This document shows, piece after piece, positions 11,254-20,414 of a DNA stretch of 64,000 bases. The stretch is from Acidobacteriota bacterium. GTDB lineage: Bacteria > Acidobacteriota > UBA6911 > RPQK01 > JAJDTT01. The stretch is taken from positions 5,184,001-5,248,000 of the forward strand of contig OZ242374.1 of assembly GCA_965209055.1 (NCBI GenBank), read 5' to 3'. Positions within the stretch are counted from its first letter, which is position 1. Every line of letters begins with the position of its first letter. Below the pieces are notes generated by a model. That model did not search any database. It saw only the letters and a program-made list of their open reading frames with translations, and was not told the DNA's origin. A program made the position numbers and the translations under genes.

Positions 11254-12369
11254 ATGACGAAGTGTCGATTCAAGAACCGGAACACCCCGTCGGCCGGCGC
11301 CGCTGCGATATTCTCCCTCGCCGTCCTGGCCTGGTCCCAAGGCTCTCTAAGCGCAGAATCGGTGACCGCCGTCTCCTGGGGAGGCTCCTATGCCCGGGCC
11401 TGCACCAAGGCCATCCACGATCCGTTCACCGCCGAGACCGGCATCGAGGTCCGCATGGAGGACTACAACGGCGGACTGGCCCAGATCCGGGCCCAGGTGG
11501 AGACGGGCAACGTGCATTGGGACGTGGTCGACCTGGAAATGGCGGACGCCGTGCTGGGTTGTGACGAGGGTCTCCTGGAACCCATCGACGCCGCCGGCCT
11601 CCCACCGGGACCGGACGGCACGCCCGCCGAGGAGGACTTCTTCCCCGAAACCCTCACCGAGTGCGGTATCGGCGTCGTCTACTACTCCACGATCTATGCC
11701 TACAACGAGGAAAAAATATCCGGCCCCAAGCCGGCCGCCATCGGCGACTTTTTCGACCTGGAGAAGTTTCCGGGCCGGCGGGGAATGCGCCGGACGCCCG
11801 TGGTCAACCTGGAGTTCGCGCTGATGGCGGACGGCGTGCCCATGAAGCAGGTCTACGCCACACTCGACACGCCTGAGGGGGTGGACCGGGCCTTTCGCAA
11901 GCTCGACACCATCAAGGAACAGATCATCTGGTGGGAAGCGGGCGCCCAACCGCCCCAAATGCTGGCGGACGGCGAGGTGGTCATGAGCACGGCCTACAAC
12001 GGCCGCATCTTCAATGCCCAGGTCCTGGAGAAACAGCCCTTCGTGGTGGTCTGGGACGGCCAGGTGCTGGATTGGGGTCAGACGGCCATCGTGGCCGGAA
12101 CCCGGAACCTGGAGGCGGCTAGGAAGTTCGTCGCCTTTGGGGCCAGGACCGAATCCATGGCCGCCATCGGCCGTTACATCTCCTACAGTCCGGTGCGGCG
12201 TTCCGGCACCTCGCTCATTTCGACGCACCTGGAGACCGGGGTGGACATGAAGCCACACATGCCCACGACCCCCGCCAACGTGGCCAATGCCCTGCACAGC
12301 GATTGGGAATGGTGGAGCGATCACTCGGACGAAATGAACGAGCGTTTCAGCGCGTGGCTGGCGCGCTGA
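11254..12369 (+). CDS. ABC transporter substrate-binding protein (polyamine/opine type)
   Basis: Signal peptide; SWGGSY, WDVVD, FFDLEKFPGRRG and AYNGRIF. Confidence 0.9.
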   Translation: MTKCRFKNRNTPSAGAAAIFSLAVLAWSQGSLSAESVTAVSWGGSYARACTKAIHDPFTAETGIEVRMEDYNGGLAQIRAQVETGNVHWDVVDLEMADAVLGCDEGLLEPIDAAGLPPGPDGTPAEEDFFPETLTECGIGVVYYSTIYAYNEEKISGPKPAAIGDFFDLEKFPGRRGMRRTPVVNLEFALMADGVPMKQVYATLDTPEGVDRAFRKLDTIKEQIIWWEAGAQPPQMLADGEVVMSTAYNGRIFNAQVLEKQPFVVVWDGQVLDWGQTAIVAGTRNLEAARKFVAFGARTESMAAIGRYISYSPVRRSGTSLISTHLETGVDMKPHMPTTPANVANALHSDWEWWSDHSDEMNERFSAWLAR

Positions 12370-13553
12370 GGAAGCCTCAACTGCGGGCGGCGGCGCTGGT
12401 GCTGCCGTTGTCGGCCTTCATCCTGGCGACCTTCGTAGCGCCGCTGGCGACCATGCTGACGCGTAGCGTCTACGATCCCATGGTCGCCGATACGCTGCCT
12501 GAAACCCTGGCTCTGCTGCGCGGGTGGGACGGCCGGAGCACTCCTTCCGAGCCGGTCTTCGAGGCGGCCTCCCGGGAGATTCTGCAGGCCCGGGAAGACC
12601 GGAGTCTCGGACGGGTGGCGACGCGCGTGAACCGGGTGGAAGCGGGACTGCGCAGCGTCATCATGAAGAGCGCCCGCAGGCTGCGGCGCGTCAAGGAGGT
12701 CGACTCCTGGCGCGACGCCATGATTTCCATCGCTCCCGAATGGGGCGAGGCGAAAACCTGGCGCGCGATTCGCCGCGCCGGGGAACGGATCACGACGCGC
12801 CACTACCTCCACGCCCTGGATCTGCAGCGTGACGCCGACGGAAGCATCGTTCTCCAACCTGAGCAACGGCGTGTCTATCTGCCGCTTCTGAGGCGCACAT
12901 TGGCGGTCAGCCTTGGGATCACCGTTCTATGCCTGCTGTTGGGTTACCCGCTGGCGTATCTCATCGCCCACGCGCCGCCCCGCCGGGCGAACCTGCTGCT
13001 GTTGCTGGTGCTGGTCCCCTTCTGGACGTCGCTGCTGGTGAGGACCACCTCCTGGATCGTCCTGCTCCAGACCCAGGGGGTGGTCAACGATCTGCTCGTG
13101 GCGCTGGGGCTGATCGCCGACGAGAACCGGATCTCCATGATCTACAACATGACCGGCACCGTGGTGGCCATGACCCACGTCCTGCTGCCGTTCATGGTGC
13201 TCCCGATCTATTCGGTCATGCGGACGATTCCGCCGCTGTACATGAGCGCCGCCGCCTCATTGGGCGCCAGCTTCCCCCAGGCGTTCCGGCGGGTCTATTG
13301 GCCACAGACGCTCCCCGGTGTGGGCGCCGGATCGCTGCTGGTCTTCATTCTGTCCATCGGCTACTACATCACTCCCGCGCTGGTGGGCGGACAGAGCGGC
13401 CAGCTCATCTCCAACATGATCGCCTATCACATGCAGCAATCATTGAATTGGGGACTGGCGGCGGCCCTGGGCAGCATCCTGCTGGCGTGCGTGGTGGCGC
13501 TCTATCTGCTCTACGACCGCGTCGTCGGCATCGACCGCATGAGGTTGGGTTGA
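12354..13553 (+). CDS. ABC transporter permease (PotB-like); start uncertain
   Basis: PFWTSLLVRT, EAA-like loop AAASLGA and multiple TM segments. Confidence 0.88.
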   Translation: MAGALRKPQLRAAALVLPLSAFILATFVAPLATMLTRSVYDPMVADTLPETLALLRGWDGRSTPSEPVFEAASREILQAREDRSLGRVATRVNRVEAGLRSVIMKSARRLRRVKEVDSWRDAMISIAPEWGEAKTWRAIRRAGERITTRHYLHALDLQRDADGSIVLQPEQRRVYLPLLRRTLAVSLGITVLCLLLGYPLAYLIAHAPPRRANLLLLLVLVPFWTSLLVRTTSWIVLLQTQGVVNDLLVALGLIADENRISMIYNMTGTVVAMTHVLLPFMVLPIYSVMRTIPPLYMSAAASLGASFPQAFRRVYWPQTLPGVGAGSLLVFILSIGYYITPALVGGQSGQLISNMIAYHMQQSLNWGLAAALGSILLACVVALYLLYDRVVGIDRMRLG

Positions 13554-13554
13554 G

Positions 13555-14370
13555 ATGAGTGTGCCTGGGTCCGGATGGGAACGCGCCGGCCGAGTCTCCT
13601 ACCTGGCCTTCTGCGCCGCCGTCTTCCTGTTTCTGATCGCGCCGATCCTGGTGATCGTCCCCCTCAGCTTCAACGTGGAGCCCTATTTCACCTTCACCGA
13701 GGGGATGTTGCGCCTGGACCCGGAAGCGTATTCGCTACGCTGGTACCGGACCGTCGCCGAAGACGAAGAGTGGCGGCGGGCGCTGGCCAACAGCCTCATC
13801 ATCGGCATCGCGGCGACGGCGCTGGCGACGGCGCTGGGGACGCTGGCCGCGTTGGGACTGGCCAGCCCCGCCATGCCCGGACGGCCCCTGGCCATGAGCC
13901 TGTTGATTTCGCCCATGGTCACGCCGGTGATCATCTCGGCGGCGGGGATGTTCTTCTTCTACTCCAAAATGGGCCTGGCCCAGACCCACCTGGGACTGAT
14001 CCTGGCCCACGCCGCGCTGGGCACTCCGTTCGTGGTGATCACGGTCACGGCCACGCTTTCCGGCTTCGACGCCAATCTGACCCGGGCCGCCGCCAGCCTG
14101 GGCGCCGGGCCGGTGCGGACCTTTGCGCGGGTGCAGTTGCCCATCATCGCTCCCGGCGTGGTTTCGGGCGCGCTCTTCGCCTTCGCCACCTCCTTCGACG
14201 AGGTGGTGACGGTGCTGTTCATGGGAGGGTTGGAGCAGCGCACGGTACCGCGTCAGATGTGGTCGGGGATTCGGGAAGAGATCAGCCCGGCAATCCTGGC
14301 GGTCGCCACCTTTCTGATCGCCTTTGCGCTGGTATTCATGCTGGTCGTCGAACGTCTGCGCCGCCGGTAG
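13555..14370 (+). CDS. ABC transporter permease (PotC-like)
   Basis: SLRWY, AAASLGA and SFDEVV; six TM segments. Confidence 0.9.
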   Translation: MSVPGSGWERAGRVSYLAFCAAVFLFLIAPILVIVPLSFNVEPYFTFTEGMLRLDPEAYSLRWYRTVAEDEEWRRALANSLIIGIAATALATALGTLAALGLASPAMPGRPLAMSLLISPMVTPVIISAAGMFFFYSKMGLAQTHLGLILAHAALGTPFVVITVTATLSGFDANLTRAAASLGAGPVRTFARVQLPIIAPGVVSGALFAFATSFDEVVTVLFMGGLEQRTVPRQMWSGIREEISPAILAVATFLIAFALVFMLVVERLRRR

Positions 14371-14375
14371 GAGGG

Positions 14376-14389
14376 GGGACTGTTAGTCC
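14376..14389. repeat. Left att core of element 1
   Basis: GGGACTGTTAGTCC, repeated at 23561-23574. Confidence 0.88.
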
Positions 14390-14416
14390 GGCGCTCTGTC
14401 CAACTGAGCTACGGGA
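14380..14416 (-). pseudogene. Relic 5' half of a tRNA (Arg-like D arm plus anticodon 5' stem) at the element 1 att end
   Basis: Minus strand TCCCGTAGCTCAGTTGGACAGAGCGCCGGA-CTAACAG shows the TAGCTCAG-TGG-AGAGC D-arm signature; no T arm or acceptor 3' half follows. Confidence 0.8.
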
Positions 14417-14428
14417 TTGATCCTTTCC

Positions 14429-14441
14429 TATCAATAGGTTA
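14429..14441 (+). promoter_or_regulatory. IHF-consensus site next to att
   Basis: TATCAATAGGTTA matches WATCAANNNNTTR; near-matches at 32643 and about 23511-23523 (minus strand). Confidence 0.5.
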
Positions 14442-15545
14442 TCCCGATTCTCCTCTCAAATCGTTCCTCCTATTTCCTGCCTGTTGCCTGTTTGCTGCCG
14501 GTCGCATTTGTGAGTCTTCGGTAGCCTGTGCCTCCCGAATGCATGCGAGTGCATGAGAACTGACGTAACCCGCGTAGCGCATGGTCGTGCTGATCGACGA
14601 GTGCCCCATCAGCTTCTGCACCGTCCTCACGTCCACACCCTGCATGAGCCAATGGCTGCACCGGAATCGTCTCAGGTCGTGAAATCCGACCTTCAACCCC
14701 ACCCGCTCGGCGGCCCGGCGCAACGGCATGTCGGGATTCACCCATCTCGTCCCGGTCCGGGTGTTGACGAAGACATATGGGGTGCTCAGGTAGCGAACCA
14801 ACCCGGCCAGGTATCCGGCGGCGTACTTCGACAGCGGGATCTCCCTCGTCTCGTCGTTCTTGGTGAATTCCACCCATAGCAGCCTCCGGGATAGGTCCAC
14901 CCGTTTCCAGGTGAGCGACAAGGCTTCGCCTTTCCGTATCCCCGTCTCGCCGATCACCGCGATCATGGCTTGCAGGTAAGGGTTGTCCATCGCCTCGACC
15001 AGGTCGCGGAACTGTTGAACCGTCAAAGGCCGGAAGACCTTCGTGGGCTCTTTGAGTTTGGGGAACCTCACCAGCGGGTGCGTGTCCACTTCCCCGCACT
15101 CCAGCGCGTAGGAAAACAGCTTGCTGAGGGCGGCAATGTCGCGGTTCACCGTGGCCGGTTGCACCTGCTTCTTCCTCTGGGCGACGTAGCGGTACAGGTC
15201 CTTGCGTTGGAACTCCTTCAGGGGAATGTTCCCCAGCATGGCGTTGAGGCTCTTGAACGAGAGCGCATAGCGGCGGCGGGAGCGCATGCGAGGTTTGCAA
15301 TACTCCTCGAAGAAACGCTCATAGAAGCTCCGGACCGTCCAGATCGTTCGGTTGCCACCGGCGAGCTCTTGCTTGAGCTGCTTCCAGGTGCCGTCCAGGA
15401 TGCTGGACTCGATTCGTGTTTGAAGCGCCTGTGCGCTCCGGTAGTTGGGGGCGTACATTCGGAGCCGACCGGATCCGTGCGGCCAGTACTTGCTGACGAC
15501 GAAACGTCGTCTCCCCCGGCGATCCTTCACCTTGTAGATGCCCAT
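14439..15545 (-). CDS. Tyrosine recombinase/integrase (element 1)
   Basis: Catalytic set TGIRKGE (R), TKND (K), HDLRR, MGH and RY; AGGAGG RBS upstream of ATG 15545. Confidence 0.93.
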   Translation of the reverse strand: MGIYKVKDRRGRRRFVVSKYWPHGSGRLRMYAPNYRSAQALQTRIESSILDGTWKQLKQELAGGNRTIWTVRSFYERFFEEYCKPRMRSRRRYALSFKSLNAMLGNIPLKEFQRKDLYRYVAQRKKQVQPATVNRDIAALSKLFSYALECGEVDTHPLVRFPKLKEPTKVFRPLTVQQFRDLVEAMDNPYLQAMIAVIGETGIRKGEALSLTWKRVDLSRRLLWVEFTKNDETREIPLSKYAAGYLAGLVRYLSTPYVFVNTRTGTRWVNPDMPLRRAAERVGLKVGFHDLRRFRCSHWLMQGVDVRTVQKLMGHSSISTTMRYAGYVSSHALACIREAQATEDSQMRPAANRQQAGNRRNDLRGESG

Positions 15546-15589
15546 GCATCTCCTCCTTTCTGGATCCGGGTTCTTCGCCGTGGGGCGAA

Positions 15590-15792
15590 TCGTACCACGG
15601 CTCCAGAGAATCGGCGTAGGCGCTGAGGTCCACCAGGGCAAAGGCGCGACGACGAGGACCGGCGGTTTCCAGTCCGGTTCTGGCATGGATGATGTGCAGA
15701 TCGGCCAGTTTGTGAATCGTGCGGACAGCCTTGCCCAGATACTAGGCTGCGGCGGCCACGCTGACGAGCCTCCGATTGGGCACCTGGATCAA
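15590..15792 (-). pseudogene. Excisionase/HTH_17-like gene with internal stop
   Basis: LIQVPNRRLVSVAAAA*YLGKAVRTIHKLADLHII..RRRAFALVDLSAYADSLEPW; TAG at 15744-15742; immediately upstream of int. Confidence 0.65.
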
Positions 15793-16197
15793 TGCGACCC
15801 GCTTGCCAACTCATCATGACGTTTGTTCTTTCACGCGAAGATACTCGTGCCAACCTCCCAGGTCATCGTTGCCAGCCGATCCACCACGTTCCGCGATTCT
15901 CATCTTGAACCTAGGAGCGAGTGCTCGGCGTTCGTTCACGAACGCGGTGAGCAGACTGGGTTCATTCGTGAAGAAGTCCCATTGACACGGTACTCCGCCC
16001 ACCTTCATCAATTTCCCAATTAGGCATGAGCCGGTAAATGGCGCTGGCGCTAGGGACCGTATGAACGTCTCGAACAGTCCGTGTATTGTACCGCTCACAT
16101 GCGGAATCCAGCCTCTGTTGCGCGCAAAACCTTAGTTTGTGGTACGTTGACATCTAGGTTGAAGGGTGGCTCCAGGATGCCTTTGCGGAGAAGTCAA

Positions 16198-16533
16198 ATG
16201 GCTAAGCAACCCAGAGATGCCGAACCGAGAGTTGAGTGGACTGAAGGGGAGTTCAGGGTTTCGCTTCCGCTTCAAGGCAGGATCATTGATGCCAAGTGGC
16301 GTCCCGGCACGACCACCGTGGTCCGGCTACGGGGGACAGGTACAGAAAACTGGAGCCCTGGCTTCGAGACACCGTTGAACGGCTGCAGCTTCGTCGGCCT
16401 AGTGCCCAACACGGAATATGAGATCCAAGTTACGCACAAAAACGCAAGGGGCGAAGGTCCTCCAATCAGGCTAAAGTGCAGAACGAAATCAAACGGCGAT
16501 GTTGGGAACATCATTCCGTTTCCGAAGAAATGA
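16198..16533 (+). CDS. Stand-alone fibronectin type III-like protein
   Basis: FVGLVPNTEYEIQVTHKNARGEGPP matches the FN3 signature. Confidence 0.65.
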   Translation: MAKQPRDAEPRVEWTEGEFRVSLPLQGRIIDAKWRPGTTTVVRLRGTGTENWSPGFETPLNGCSFVGLVPNTEYEIQVTHKNARGEGPPIRLKCRTKSNGDVGNIIPFPKK

Positions 16534-16637
16534 AGTTCATGGTACCTACGCGCCGTTCATTTCCGTGCGCTCAGCCCCTTTTGCATGCGATCGAGGGCTG
16601 TAGCGCACGCGTCAAGAAACCACTAAGCTAGGCACCC

Positions 16638-17624
16638 ATGACAGTAGTTGACACCCACAAACTACATGCACATGTGCCGTTCCTTTACGAAATGGTGATC
16701 TCGTTTTTCGAAGCGGCCAGAGTAATCCTCGACCCTGTTCTACAGGCGATCGACGGTTATCGGGAACTGGAGACTGAGCAGGACGGAAGGCCTGCTGCCC
16801 CCGACCATGTGGTACGCAAGTTTGCGGAACTTCCGGGTGGTGGAGTCGTCCGCCACGTCGGCGCGTGCCTGACCGCTACGACGAACCTCGGTCTCGCCTA
16901 CGTGCACTCGTTCCGTCTACTGAGCTTTCTTGCCCAGAACAAAGATGCGCTCGCGACCAACGCCGCCAAACCTCACCTCACCAAGTTGTTCGATGCCCTT
17001 CCGACTGCCTCACGGAAGGCGCTTTGCAATACATACAACCAAGTGCGCGCTCACGACTTCGAGATGGAGATGAGTGTTGGCCCGTTTCCGGAAGAGTCTA
17101 GAGACGAGCCCCAGTTGGGCGCCCGCAATTTCCGCTCAATGCTGGCCTATTGGCAGTCACGCGGGATGTTGCACGATAGCCACCTCTCCCTTTCGGGCAC
17201 GAGCCGCGCGTCCGTCATACGCATTTACATTCCGTTGAGATCCATGCTCGTCCTAGACCGTATCCTTGCGGACCATATCGCGCCTAGGCTTGGTCAAGAC
17301 TACACGCCCATGGACCATCAAATGTCGAGCCGAACCGAAAATCCGCGACTTATGTGGAATGGCAAAATGATCTCTGTGTCGCTACCCGACAAGCTAGGAC
17401 GGACAATCAAAGCCCAATGGAACCCGCCAGTCACCTCCGTCGTTCGTATCAGGGAGTCAGGAACGCAAACGTGGAGTCCCGGGTTCGAGACACCGTTTGA
17501 CAGGTGCTCCTTTGTGGATCTCAAGCCCGATACCGAATACGACGTACAAGTGACTCAAAAGAACGACGTTGGTGAGAGCCCACCTGCGATCACCTCGATC
17601 AAGACGGGTCCAAGAGCAGGATAG
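16638..17624 (+). CDS. Hypothetical protein with HEPN-like helical N-terminus and C-terminal FN3 domain
   Basis: C-terminal DLKPDTEYDVQVTQKNDVGESPP is paralogous to the upstream ORF; N-terminal HLTKLFDALP resembles HEPN. Confidence 0.6.
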   Translation: MTVVDTHKLHAHVPFLYEMVISFFEAARVILDPVLQAIDGYRELETEQDGRPAAPDHVVRKFAELPGGGVVRHVGACLTATTNLGLAYVHSFRLLSFLAQNKDALATNAAKPHLTKLFDALPTASRKALCNTYNQVRAHDFEMEMSVGPFPEESRDEPQLGARNFRSMLAYWQSRGMLHDSHLSLSGTSRASVIRIYIPLRSMLVLDRILADHIAPRLGQDYTPMDHQMSSRTENPRLMWNGKMISVSLPDKLGRTIKAQWNPPVTSVVRIRESGTQTWSPGFETPFDRCSFVDLKPDTEYDVQVTQKNDVGESPPAITSIKTGPRAG

Positions 17625-17688
17625 GAGATCTGCATTGTCCGATGCATTGGCGAAACGATCCGTGCCTCCCGCCGTCGGGGCGCTGCCT

Positions 17689-18282
17689 ATGCTGGTAGAA
17701 ACAACACCAGGCACCTGTATCGTCATGACTGCGCTCGAGGTATCTGTTCAATCATGGGTAAGTCCGTTCCGCCAAGCTTGTATCAAGCCAGCTGTCCAAA
17801 TTGAACGACAACGATCAACTAGGGCATGGCGCGCCCAGCCGAACATATCGACAGCACTCCGTGCGCGAAAGACTCGCGAGGCGGGCTACTGGATTTCACT
17901 CACCGATGACGTGGAATGTAAGCTCCGCCAAGAACTTGTCTCCTATGCGCACTTGGATGACGACTGGGACGGAGACGGCGCTAATGCACCGTCGCAAGAG
18001 GCGGTAAACGACGCCTTGACCTTCCTAGACGGCAGGCCTGGCGACATTCCATTGCCCTATCCGGAGGAAGGAACTGAAGGGGACGTCGGTGTGTACTGGG
18101 ATATCCGGCATGCACACGTGTTCGCCGAGGTGACCTTCGAGGGCGACGGCACGTTTGCATACTTCGCCGTTCATGGAGTGCCTGGAACCGTGGCTGAGAA
18201 GTGCGGCAATGACGGTGTGGATGCGGCCGCACCTTGGCCGGACGACATGCTGCGAATCCTGCGCATACAAGATCCCGCCTGA
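17689..18282 (+). CDS. Hypothetical acidic protein (WDGxGA motif); start uncertain
   Basis: LDDDWDGDGANAPSQEAVNDALTFL..GDVGVYW. Confidence 0.6.
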   Translation: MLVETTPGTCIVMTALEVSVQSWVSPFRQACIKPAVQIERQRSTRAWRAQPNISTALRARKTREAGYWISLTDDVECKLRQELVSYAHLDDDWDGDGANAPSQEAVNDALTFLDGRPGDIPLPYPEEGTEGDVGVYWDIRHAHVFAEVTFEGDGTFAYFAVHGVPGTVAEKCGNDGVDAAAPWPDDMLRILRIQDPA

Positions 18283-18302
18283 CGCCTGAGTCCGCTATCG
18301 TC

Positions 18303-18857
18303 ATGTCGTGCAGCTGTTTGGAGTTGGAGAGCAAGTATGGCCAAGCCGACTGCAAGTGCGCTCGCTACCGCGAGGAATTTCCTGACTGCGCTTGTGAACG
18401 CGAATCTGTCAGTGAGTACTCGCCTGGTCCAGTGGACGATAGTGAAGTCTTGGTGCGCACTCTTTTCAGAGAACAGCATATTGGTCCAGACGGTCATCTG
18501 AAGCCCACGTATTTTCGCCCCGAGCCCGCAACCAGCGGGTTCTCCGTTGACCGTGTGCTCCTGATGGGTCCCGAGCCCCTAATGTCAAGCAAACGCACCG
18601 ACGCTAGGTACAACGGCTATTTGCGGTTCATCGGAGCTTGCACCAAGGATATCCGGGAATTGCTGGAAGGCGGGAAACGGCTATTCTGCGTCTACGACTC
18701 CGCCATTGGAGAAAACATCTTTCACGCCGATATCTGCCAAAACTTGCATTTCGAACCAGGAGTCCAAGACCGAAAATCCCGAATGATGGAAATTGCCTGG
18801 CAGCTCAGGAGTGCTTTCCGCCCGCCGCAGCCTGTTCCTCCAACATCGATTACGTGA
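18303..18857 (+). CDS. Hypothetical protein, possible ART/RES-like toxin
   Basis: EVLVR..F..GFSVDR..HADI pattern; Cys-rich N-terminus. Confidence 0.55.
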   Translation: MSCSCLELESKYGQADCKCARYREEFPDCACERESVSEYSPGPVDDSEVLVRTLFREQHIGPDGHLKPTYFRPEPATSGFSVDRVLLMGPEPLMSSKRTDARYNGYLRFIGACTKDIRELLEGGKRLFCVYDSAIGENIFHADICQNLHFEPGVQDRKSRMMEIAWQLRSAFRPPQPVPPTSIT

Positions 18858-18964
18858 CACATTCGGTGTGTTGGGGACGGGTTCCATCCATCCAGCAGCG
18901 GATTGTGCGAGCCTAGTTTCCGCTCACCGCCTCGAAGCTGCTCAGCACAGAGCGAAGCTTCTCC

Positions 18965-19218
18965 CAGAACTCGGTGGAGACCGGGATGCTTGGACTCGAT
19001 GAGGTTGATCCATTCGACATCCAGGTCGGAGAGTGCCCAAGTGTCCTTGAATGCAGCACCAGCCGCCTTGCTCCCGATGGGCGCGGCGTAGTTGGCCTTG
19101 GAGTTGAACGCGGATCAAGATAGATCAGGTCCACGGAATCGGAGTTCATGCCCCGGAGGATGTAGAGGTTGTCGCTCGTCCAGATCGTCTTGTCGGCCCA
19201 GCTGGGAGTCACTACCAT
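18965..19218 (-). pseudogene. Truncated, frameshifted N6/N4 DNA methyltransferase
   Basis: TIWTSDNLYILRGMNSDSVDLIYLDP, then a 1-nt deletion in DPPF near 19110, then FNSKANYAAPIGSKAAGAAFKDTW in the shifted frame; truncated after about 85 codons. Confidence 0.8.
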
Positions 19219-19583
19219 GGAATCCACCAGTAGGCCCTTGCCGCCCTGTATCCCTTCTCGGTCAGCGATTTCACCTCGTAGAAAAATGGGGCTGTCTCTG
19301 CGGCGTCGATGTACTCCATCTTCGCCAGCCTCTCGATGCTCCTGTCAAGAACGCTGACTGGAGTATCGACGAAGCCAGCGTAAACGGAACTCGTGGTCAT
19401 TCGCCGATTCTTGGAGAGACTATGGTGGATGAACCGTAGTATCTTTCGGTCGATCCGAACCGGAGGGATAGCGTTAACCCTCCGCCAGAACAGGAAGCCA
19501 AGGAACACGACCGTTGCAGTCACGGAAGCTATCGCTGGGTGCTCCCTGGCGACCGAAACCAGAATCTCAACGAGTCGATCCAC
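19212..19583 (-). CDS. Hypothetical protein with N-terminal TM segment and winged-helix-like C-terminus
   Basis: Hydrophobic segment followed by SIERLAKMEYID..SLTEKG. Confidence 0.5.
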   Translation of the reverse strand: MDRLVEILVSVAREHPAIASVTATVVFLGFLFWRRVNAIPPVRIDRKILRFIHHSLSKNRRMTTSSVYAGFVDTPVSVLDRSIERLAKMEYIDAAETAPFFYEVKSLTEKGYRAARAYWWIPW

Positions 19584-19667
19584 GCACGCACTCTACACAC
19601 GCCTTTCCCGTCCGTCCACTAGGATTGATACTTCCCTTTAGTAATCCCTAGACCATGTTGTGCCATG

Positions 19668-20145
19668 TGGGGGAATGGATGCCCTTGAGGACCACAACAG
19701 GTTTTCAGGAATCTTCGCAGGGGCCTTCCCGCCAGGGATAATTGCGACGGGAGCGACCCCCCAGGGGGTGCTGCGCAAGTGTGAATTGCGCAACACCCCC
19801 GCGCCCGCACCGGGCAGCAAAAAGGGGGGGTCGCTCCCGTCCACCTCCGATTTCCCCGTGCGGGCGCCGGCGTTCGGGGGTAGGGGTCCGTAACTGACTG
19901 AAAGGAAAAAAGATCGGGGAAAGCGCATGTGTGAATCACAGGGACCCCCATTTGTGAATCCACCCCCTTTGTCCCATTCACATCCCGGATCGGGCGCGAG
20001 ACCCTCTTGACGCACTGCCGAAACGAGCCTCCATTGGCCCTTGCGAATGCCCAGTGCGTTCACCGTGAATTACGACTTGGAAAGAGCAACCTTCCGCCGC
20101 TGGTTGCGGCTCGATTGCCTGATTCAGCGCAGCCGTCACCCCGCC
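19668..20145. repeat. Conserved structured internal block shared with 39116-39591 (candidate oriT/oriV or ncRNA)
   Basis: High identity between the two elements; nested inverted repeats and repeated TGTGAAT. Confidence 0.7.
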
Positions 20146-20414
20146 GTAGGGGTCGAGAGCCCTTGCCTTGCCCGTGAGCGCAGCTACAGGGCTGAGGTAC
20201 AGAGGGGCTTGGCGCGGAATAGGCTCATCGTGGACAGTAGTGCCCAAAGCGGGACAGTTTCGATGCACACCGGGCAACGTGGCCTATGCCCATTTGTTTC
20301 AGTTATTGGACCCTTATCAGGAACCCGGTCTGCCCGGTCATCGCCGCCAGCGTCGCCCTTCGGATCGGCCCGCGTAGTCAGCTTGGAGCCTGATGGGCTA
20401 CGATAAGTGTGCCC

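Noticed and set aside
14380-14420. Functional tRNA gene
   Set aside because: Only the 5' half is present, with no T arm or acceptor 3' strand on either side of the element; reported as a relic.
15814-16153. Small ORFs and a possible res-like site near 16055-16092
   Set aside because: No recognisable motifs, and the dyad is too imperfect to call.
19668-20145. Bridge/guide RNA that programs the REP target
   Set aside because: I found no element-specific match to each element's own core. TTGGAAA occurs in the element 1 block, which is the wrong element. Standard overlap homology explains the targeting.
20041-20145. Conserved short ORF at the end of the shared block (P.AF.VN.DLE.ATFRRWL)
   Set aside because: Substitutions are about equally synonymous in the sense and in-register antisense frames, and the ORFs diverge afterwards, so coding status is unresolved.
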